A stretch of DNA of 61,548 nt from Nemertoderma westbladi (lineage: Eukaryota > Animalia > Xenacoelomorpha), in the NCBI GenBank assembly GCA_032718475.1, contig JAUCBJ010003461.1:1-61548 (forward strand). Direction: 5' to 3'. A program made the position numbers and the translations under genes. Below the pieces are notes generated by a model. It was not told the origin of the DNA and made no database searches. It saw only the letters and a list, made by a program, of their open reading frames with translations. This document shows positions 52,820 through 61,548 of the stretch, one piece after another; position 1 is the first letter of the stretch; each line of letters starts with the position of its first letter.

Positions 52820-55410
52820 CTGCCGTTGTTTGGCAATACACCCTATCTCAAAATTTTCAAAAAAAATTTTATTTGATCAATTGGGGTAACTTGACACGCT
52901 CTTTTCAATGAAACTAAGAAAAGTGGGGTGTTCCTTTCACGAAATCGGACTTTTTCAATCTTAAAACACCCCATAGCAGCATCTCAAATCAACGGCTGCG
53001 AGGCAAAACACCCCATCGCTAAATTCGACCATATAGGGTGCTTTGCCTTGTTATCTCTGTCGACCAAATAATCCTATCCATGAGTTAGGGTTTTTTGCCT
53101 TGCGCTTTACTTTTTTAAGCTTTTTTTGGATTTGTTATTACATCAGAAGGAGAAATATGAACTGGGACAGATGGAGTAGTTGGAACTGGGGAAGGTGGAA
53201 CGGTTGTTGGAACTGGTGGAGGTGGAATGGTTGTTGGAACTGGGGAAGGTGGAATGGTTGTTGAAATTGGGGAAGGTGAATGGTTGCTGGAACTGGGGAA
53301 GGTGGAATGGTTGTTGGAACTGGGGAAGGTGGAATGGTTGTTGGAACTGGGGAAGGTGGAGATGTGGTTGGAACTGGGAGAGGTGGAATTGTTGTTGGAA
53401 CCGGAGAAGGTGGAGTGGTTGTTGGAACTGGGGAAGGTGGAGACGTGGTTGGAACTGGGGGAGGTGGAATTGTTGTTGGAACTGGGGATGGTGGAGATGG
53501 GGTTGGAACGGGGGAAGGTGGAGATGTGGTTGGAACTGGGGATGGTGGAATGGTTGTTGGAACTGGGGAAGGTGGAGTGGTTGTTGGAACTGGGAAAGGT
53601 GGAGATGTGGTTGGAACTGGGGAAGGCGAATGTGGAGATGTGGTTGGAACTGGGGGAGGTGGAATTGTTGTTGGAACTGGGGATGGTGGAGATGGGGTTG
53701 GAACGGGGGAAGGTGGAGATGTGATTGGAACTGGGGATGGTGGAGTGGTTGTTGGAACTGGGGAAGGTGGAATAGTTGCTGGAACTGGGGGAGGTGGAAT
53801 GGTGGTTGGAACTGGGGAAGGTGGAATGGTTGTTGAAACTGGGGAAGGTGGAATGGTTGTTGGAACTGGGGAAGGTGGAATGGTTGTTGGAACTGGGGAA
53901 GGTGGAGTGGTTGTTGGAACTGGGGAAGGTGGAGATGTGGTTGGAACTGGGGATGGTGGAATGGTTGATGGAACTGGGGAAGGTGGAATGGGGTTGCTGG
54001 AACTGGGGATGGTGGAGATGTGGTTGGAGCTGGGGATGGTGGGGTGGTTGTTGGAACTGAGGAAGGTGGCATGGTTGTTGGAACTGGGGATGGTGGAGAT
54101 GTGGTTGGAACTGGGGAAGGTGGAATGGTTGTTGGAACTGGGGATGGTGGAGATATGGTTGGAACCGGGGATGGTGGAGTGGTTTCTGGAACTGGGGAAG
54201 GTGGAATGGTTGTTGGAACTGGGGAAGGTGGAATGGTTGTTGGAACTGGGGAAGATGGAATGGTGTTGGAACTGGGGAAGGTGGAATGGTTGTTGGAACT
54301 GGGGATGGTGGAATGGTTGTTGGAACTGGGGATGGTGGAGATGTGGTTGGAACTGGGGATGGTGGAGTGGTTGTTGGAACTGGGGATGGTGGAATGGTTG
54401 TTGGAACTGGGGATGGTGGAGATGTGGTTGGAACGGGGGATGGTGGAGATGGGGTTGGAACGGGGGATGGTGGAGATGTGGTTGGAACTGGGGATGGTGG
54501 AGTGGTTGTTGGAACGGGGGAAGGTGGAATGGTTGCTGGAACTGGGGGTGGTGGAGATGTGGTTGGAACTGGGGGAAGGTGGAGATGTGGTTGGAACTGG
54601 GGGAGGTGGAATTGTTATTGGAACTGGGGATGGTGGAGATGGGGTTGGAACGGGGGATGGTGGAGATGGGGTTGGAACGGGGGAAGGTCTAATGGTTGCT
54701 GGAACTGGGGGTGGTGGAATGGTTGCTGGAACGGGGGAAGGTGGAATGGTTGCTGGAACTGGGGGTAGTGGAGATGTGGTTGGAACTGGGGGAAGGTGGA
54801 GATGTGGTTGGAACTGGGGGAGGTGGAATTGTTATTGGAACTGGGGATGGTGGAGATGTGGTTTGAACTAGGGATGGTGGAGATGGGGTTGGAACGGGGG
54901 AAGATGGAGATGTGGTGGAACTGGGGATGATGGTTAAATAAATACCTTTACTTTTTTTATTTATTTGGGAAGGAATTAATTTTAGTCACCTCATCATTCA
55001 TCATTTTGACTTCTTGTTGACATGGCAATACATCCCAACTCCAGCAAGCTCTAAACTAATAATACGTGATACAAAATGTTCTACAAATCATGCTGCAGAA
55101 CAAAAAATCACTGTTTTATACTAGTTTCTATGAAACCAGAACCATTGGTTAAACACCCTATCTCCAACAAATCAGCTTACATTGAATGGCAAAACACCCT
55201 ATAATTTTATTTCATCACTTTAATCCCTTTTTCCTCATCTCTCACCATCTATTCTATTAAAAAAATCTAAGTTAGCCTGTTAAGTTCCCTTAGGACCCAT
55301 TATCAGCGATTTCTCACAATGTCTTCAATGTTGAATTAGGGGGAACGCGTTTAGGTTAATATCTCAAAATGTGTTTTTTTAGGATAGGGTGTATTGCCAA
55401 ACAACGGCAG
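52820..55410 (-). mobile_element. TIR DNA transposon with a 4-bp TSD, Sola1-like, non-autonomous
   Basis: Perfect 28-bp TIRs ctgccgttgtttggcaatacaccctatc (52820-52847 and 55383-55410), with taca on both flanks and internal acacc(c/t)at sub-terminal words. The superfamily is inferred from TSD length and termini. Confidence 0.85.
53160..54934 (-). repeat. 24-27-bp G-rich minisatellite inside the Sola-like element; reads ([10 protein letters not shown])n on the minus strand, with frameshifts
   Basis: ggaactggggaaggtggaatggttgtt and variants, roughly 65 units. Confidence 0.93.
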
Positions 55411-56064
55411 TACAGCTGTGTATGTATTATTGACTTCAATTATACAGTATATATAGTGGTGTGTTTTATTTTGCCTTGTACATGTACAAAAATTGTAAGA
55501 GGAATTGTAAGAGACCTAATTGTCCGGTTGATGAAAGCAACTTTTTAGTGCTTTTTTTATATTGGTTAATGTTATAAAACATTTGTAGATATCGTTTTTT
55601 TTATGGTAGCTAGAGTTATTTTTGTACTTGCTAGAATGTTTAGAAATTTAAAAAATACTGTATTTTTCGTATTTCTTTTATTGGACAATCTTCGAGAACA
55701 GTATTATATATTATTTATTAAGATGTTGGTAGTGTTTTGTTTACTAGGTAGCATTTTCTTGAAATTATAAAAACACTTGTTAAAACATTTATATTTCAGA
55801 ATTAGGCCTAACTGTTGCTTATTATATATATTAATTACCAACAATCATGATGATACTATAACAGTCCCTCAGATCCAGCTATTATCTAGGATAATACAGT
55901 ATAGAAAAATAGTTTTAAACATTTTAAATACATACAATATATAACTAGCTAGTAGATAATTCACTAGCACCAGAAAAACACCATAGCTACCATAACTAAT
56001 GATGTTAACAAAAAAAGTAGGGGGAAATCTTTTATATTATCAAAAAATACTAGTTAGTAAAAAC

Positions 56065-58260
56065 AGAACATTAACCATAATATAGTACCAATTAAATTTG
56101 GTCCCGGACAATTCGGTGTCGGACAATTCGGTCCCATTACTATGAATGTTTTGGGACCGAATTGTCCTAGTCAGCATCCGGACAACCAAACGTCCAAAAA
56201 CACAAAAATAAATGAGAACGAATTGTCCGGGACCGAATTGTCCGGACCGAATTGTACGGGACCGAAGTGTCCTGCTTCCCTTTATTGTTTTAGTTAGAAA
56301 AATACATAACAATAAACGTTAGTAAATCTAAAATATTTGAGTCTTATTTTGTGTCTATAATATTATCTAATATTTCTTCCATAGGTGAAAAAATGGTGCA
56401 GAGATAGTGCAGAGATGGTGCCAATATTAAATCAGCATCATTTCTGGCGAGATTGTTGGCAAGAAGCTCAACAAAGAAATGTTATCTTTGTTGCGAACAA
56501 CAATTTGTTGGCAAGAAGCTCTGCATAAAGAGATGGTATCTTTCTTGCCAACAAATCATGCATTTGAAATAATAGCCAACATTGATTAGTTATCGATGAT
56601 CATAATTTCTGGCTAGAGCAAGTGAAATTTCAGTTAAACAAAACGGAAGAAAATAGTAAAGGTTAGTCTTATTTTGTGAATAATAAGTTATTTGTGCATA
56701 TTATCCGTTTGAGAATGACCATTTTTATTACATCGAAAGTCATCCCCCCGTCATGATATCTGAAACAATGTCCCTTATTTACTATATAAAATTCTTATTC
56801 TCACTCTTTTATTAGTATTCGCCGTCGCTATAACCTGCTACTGTTCCTCAATTTCTAACAAAATAATTTATTGTTTTGGTTAGAAAAAGCCATAACAATA
56901 AACTTAAGTAAATATGAAAGATTTAAGTCTTATTTTGTGTCTTTAATGTTATCTAATATTTCCTCCATAGGTGCGGAGATGGGCTCGAATATAACATCAG
57001 AGCAGACCAGCGCAGGGAGGAGCACCCTGTTGGATACCTACACCGGGTGGAAGAGGAGCGTCCTGTTGCAGACCTACACCGGTTGGAAGAGAAGCGCCCT
57101 TTTGAAGACCTGAGCTAGGTTAGAGAGGAGCGCACTGTTCTTGACGGTCATCTGCAACGTTGTTGATTCCTTTGATCATCTATAACAATTTCTATAACAA
57201 TTCCGTGTTGGACAATTCCGTCCCATTACTTTGCATGTTTTGGGACCGAATTGTCCTAGCCAGTATCCAGACAATTCGGTCACGGACAATGCGGTCCCAA
57301 AACCCAAAAATAAATGAAATGGGACCGAATTGTCCGGGACCGAATTGTCCGGACCGAATTGTCCGGGACCGAATTGTCCTGCTTCCCTTTATTGTTTTGG
57401 TTAGAAAAAGACATATAGAGAACATATAGAAGGAGATATATAAAGACATAACAATAAACGTTAGTAAATATGAAATTTTTCAGTCTTATTTTGTGTCTAT
57501 AATATCTAATATTTCTTCCATAGGTGCGGAGATGGGCTGGAATATTACCAGATAAACAGATAAACTGACTGCTAAACCATCCTCATTAACGAAACAATCC
57601 TACACTAGGCAATGAACTCGCAACTGAAAAAGGAAACACCTCCATTGTGTAAGTCCTGCCATTTAATGTTTATTATATAGTTACTTATCGTACCGTATTA
57701 GAACTGTTAGATTGAAGATTATATAGGCCTTACATAATTACAACTTGCGCTACTTTTTGGATTAATGTATCTCCATCTCAGCTAATGAATATCTGTTACA
57801 ATGATTAATTATCAATTAAGATATAGCCAAAATAATTAAGGTTCTAGAACATTAACCATAATATAGTACCAATTACATTTGGTCCCGGACAATTCGGTGT
57901 CGGACAATTCGGTCCCATTACTATGCATGTTTTGGGACCGAATTGTCCTAGTCAGTATCCAGACAATTCGGTCACGGACAATGCGGTCCCAAAACACCAA
58001 AATAAATGTGACCGAATTGTCCGGGACCGAATTGTCCGGGACCGAATTGTCCGGACCGAATTGTCCGGGACCGAATTGTCCTGCTTCCCTTTATTGTTTT
58101 GGTTAGAAAAATACATAACAATAAACGTTAGTAAATCTAAAATATTTCAGTCTTATTTTGTGTCTATAATATTATCTAATATTTCTTCCATAGGTGCAGA
58201 TATTAGCAGATAAACAGATAAACTGACTGCAAAACCATCCTCATTATCGAAACAATCCTA
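56065..58260. repeat. Three related units containing opposed arrays of ggacaattcggtcc / ggaccgaattgtcc (MITE-like)
   Basis: Units at ~56065-56390, 57195-57600 and 57845-58260. Separately, 57620-57835 is duplicated at 58495-58715. Confidence 0.85.
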
Positions 58261-60000
58261 CATTAGACACAACCTCCACAATTAGGCATTGCCCTAGTGA
58301 TAGACAGTTGTGCTTGGGGGCCTGTTTATGGGAAACTCCATTGCCATAAAAATGGTCATGAAAATTTCTCATCATCAAAACAAACCTACACTAGGCAATG
58401 GCAGCAAAGGATGTAGTACAATATAATGAACGTATGTAGCAAAACAAAGAATGAGTTGATTTATTATATTACTTATAAAAATGTACGTTTGAACTCAGCA
58501 ACTGAATAAGGAAACACATCCATTGTGTAAGTCCTGCCATTTAATGTTTATTATATAGTTACTTATCGTACCGTATTAGAACTGTTAGATTGAAGATCAT
58601 ATAGGCCTTACATAATTACAACTTGCGCTACTTTTTGGATTAATGTATCTTCATCTCAGCTAATGAATATCTGTTACAATGATTAATTATCTATTAAGAT
58701 ATAGCCAAAATAATAAATCATCAATACTCTAGAACAGTAACAGTTTAATTTTAGAAGAAGACAGCTGTTATTTGTATTGTTTTTCCACAGGAGAAAGTAT
58801 AGTTTTTATTGTATTAAAATTCCCCTCTCCCTTACATTAAACAATGTCTATCTATATACCATTATTTTATTTGCAGTGCAAAGATGCCGGGTTCTGATTA
58901 TTGCCGTGGTGATGGTAAATAAATTATACAATCCGAAAAACTGTAAATCGATGTTTATTTTATATATATTATTATTTTTTATTTATGTATGTTATATTTT
59001 ATATATTACAATAGATAGTAGATTGTTAATAAATACGTCAATATTTTGAGCAATGGACCGCGACCTATGATTGTATCCCCAAACATGATGAGAATCGGTC
59101 GTTGTGGGGGAGAATGGAGTTCAAATCCAGACATCTTGTGTCGTAAAGATAGAATTTACCGTTAAATAATAAGAAGCCGAGACAGAATCAAAATTATAAC
59201 ACAAAAGTTAACCAAATAATTAAACAACAGGGAAATATTTAAAAATATTCTTCCTTCTTTTATACACATTTAACAGATGTTATTGATAATCAGCTGTGTG
59301 ACGTATCTAATGTTTTCAATATTAATTAAACAGTTTTTCAATATCGTATTTTAACAACGGTACTACCTTATCATGATGACTAACAAGCTATTATTTCATA
59401 TAGAACCTATAAATAATATATTGCTACATAACGTTGTAGATAAATTAAGTTATACTATACTGTATTGGTTGAATTCAATGAAACACAAATTGTATTAAAT
59501 TCCTCTCATTAGCCTAATTAAAACAAACAAATTGTAGAAAATACTGTAGTTGAAAGGGAGCAAGTGGCATGTACGACTAATTAGTTAAATATTTGATGTA
59601 TAATACTGTAGGTACAGGAATTACCATATGAAAAAATAATACCGTAAAACAATCTTCCTAAGCGGAATTATTTCAGACAGTCTATTGTTTATTGTTCATT
59701 ATTTATTAATTATTTAGTATATGTCATGAGAGGCGTAGCTATGGGGGGGGGGGGGGGGGGGGGGGTGGTGTAAGGGGTGTTACTTGCCCCTGGGCGTCAA
59801 ACGAAAGGGCGCCAAAATTGCTATTTCGAGTTGTTGTAATTTAAAATTGTGGATATTATAAACATAACAAGTCATAATTTCAATGTAATTCAAATTCGGG
59901 AATATTAATAATAATACTTTTGATATTAACTTATTACGACGTAACCAAACTAATACGCCTACTGTAATTTCCGTCGTCTGTCGTCGTCGTAAATTTTTTA

Positions 60001-60538
60001 TCGCTAATAACTTTATGAAATTAAACGAAACTTGGTACGTATGTAGTCCGGCAAAAGTTTAGAAAGAATCTGAAGTTTCGTCAAAAACGAACGAACGCAA
60101 CGAGGCACAAGATGAGGACGAATATTGTGTTGAAGACTTCTGACTAGCGGCAGACAATTAGTTAATGGTGTCCATATGTTAAGGCTTGGCTCACTTCCTG
60201 CTGCGCGAAGACTCCACGAACGTTTACGCATGATCCACTGGATATATACAATAGAATGATGGGTGTACACTCGCTAATAACTTATGAAATTAAACGAAAC
60301 TTGGTACGTGTGTAGTCCGGCAAAAGTTTAGAAAGAATCTGAAGTTTCGTCAAAAACGAACGAACGCAACGAGGCACAAGATGAGGACGAATATTGTGTT
60401 GAAGACTTCTGACTAGCGGCAGACAATTAGTTAATGGTGTCCATATGTTAAGGCTTGGCTCACTTCGTGCTGCGCGAAGACTCCACGAACGTTTACGCAT
60501 GATCCACTGGATATATACAATAGAATGATGGGTGTACA
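60001..60538. repeat. Near-perfect ~270-bp tandem duplication containing a HINE-like 3' end
   Basis: tcgctaataact at 60001 and 60271. aggcttggctcacttc(c/g)tgctgcgcgaagactccacgaacg occurs twice. Confidence 0.92.
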
Positions 60539-60904
60539 ATTGCTCCATAAAGAAATAAAAATCAATCCACTTTGAATATGAGGGTACACTTATTCATAGT
60601 AAATGATAGTTAACACGTGTAACTAGAGTATGCAGTTCATAGTGCCAATTTATAAACAAGACCAATGAGCAGATGACAATAGTAAGTTATTTTAACCAAA
60701 ATAATAAACGAGAAATAACAGCGAAAAGAAACAGTTTTGATAATCCAATTTCTAGGCTGATGTTTAATATGGTTTAGGCTGAGACTTGAGTCTATAAATT
60801 AAAATATTATAATAATAGGTTTATTATAATAATAACTGTTATTCATAATAATATGTGACAATAAGTTAAACAATAATAATTATACATAATTCAAAGCTAC
60901 TAAT

Positions 60905-61245
60905 ATGGGAGTCCGGAAATAGTTTAGGTCCGTCAGGGTTGGTCTTCTTGTGAGTCCGGATTTAGTGTACGACGCAGGTTTGTCTGGATTGGTCAATATC
61001 TGTCTGGAATTTAGTGTGGGTCCCTCTGGGTTGGTCTATATCAATCCGGAGTTAGTATTAGTTCGGTCTGGGGTTGATCTTCCTGTCCGAATTAAAGGAC
61101 GTAGGTCTGTCCTGGGTTAGTCAATATCTTTCTGGAGTTTCTGTAGGGTCCGGCTCGATTGGTCCATGTGAGTTTATAATTAGTGTAGGTCCGTCTGGGT
61201 TAGTCCATGTGAGTCCGGGAATTAGTGTAGGTCTGTCTGGAAGGC
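60905..61245. repeat. Degenerate ~40-bp repeat (tccggaattagtgtaggtccgtctgggttggtc-like)
   Basis: tccgg...ttagt...gtctgg(g)ttggtc words recur. Confidence 0.6.
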
Positions 61246-61548
61246 TGAAAAAAATAGTTTTACGATTATTCAACCAAAACAAGAACGGGATTCATTAGTA
61301 CTTCTTAAGTTTCATATTCATTTTTAACCACACTTTTTTAAATTAAAATCTGGAAAACAATTTAAAAACAAGTGGGGTTAGGAGTGTGGGGATCATGGGT
61401 TTTGGGATGGCGATGGTGTGGATCTTCGCGAGAGGGTGGGGGGGATGGGTTGTTAGGGTGAGGATGGGCGGGATGTGTGTTGGGGGTTGGGGGGATGGTG
61501 AAGTTTGCAGGTGGGGTTAACCGGAGGGAGTTACAGTTGGAATATACT

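Noticed and set aside
53043-54871. Long plus-strand ORFs (W/C/N/G-rich, [16 protein letters not shown]) as real proteins
   Set aside because: They are shadow frames of a stop-poor minisatellite inside a transposon and switch frame repeatedly.

Overview
AT-rich, repeat-dense animal nuclear DNA, with GT-AG introns, LINE relics, DNA transposons and satellites. Frequent taggccta/tacagta words and poly-G runs suggest an echinoderm-like invertebrate (weak inference). No prokaryotic operons, CRISPR arrays, rRNA or tRNA were recognised. From left to right: (1) a 111-bp satellite with higher-order structure, running into four head-to-tail ~2.1-kb units that each contain one homolog of the satellite monomer; (2) two paralogous micro-ORFs (99 and 121 aa) with an RG-rich PY-NLS-like motif and a shared, partly bidirectional promoter-like cassette; (3) four intronless copies of host genes: an open mini-APLF (FHA + one PBZ), an open N-truncated RanGAP1 keeping its LKSE SUMO site, and broken ALDH3 and Tip60/KAT5 copies, each split by a transposon; (4) a five-exon minus-strand gene (44120 to 30169) that the ORF track does not join. 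Its splice phases agree apart from one 1-nt frameshift, and it encodes a ~290-aa OB-fold/Zn-like core plus ~35 12-aa repeats. Its ~9.7-kb intron holds the Tip60 pseudogene and a nest of transposons; (5) Mutator-like (9-bp TSD), Kolobok-like, Sola-like (4-bp TSD) and Helentron-associated-like non-autonomous elements, five RTE-like LINE fragments, minisatellites and local duplications. The best candidate for a new system is the co-location of trimmed retrocopies of nuclear-transport and DNA-repair genes, the PY-NLS micro-proteins and the OB-fold-like gene. Whether they form one functional or mobile unit cannot be shown from this window alone.
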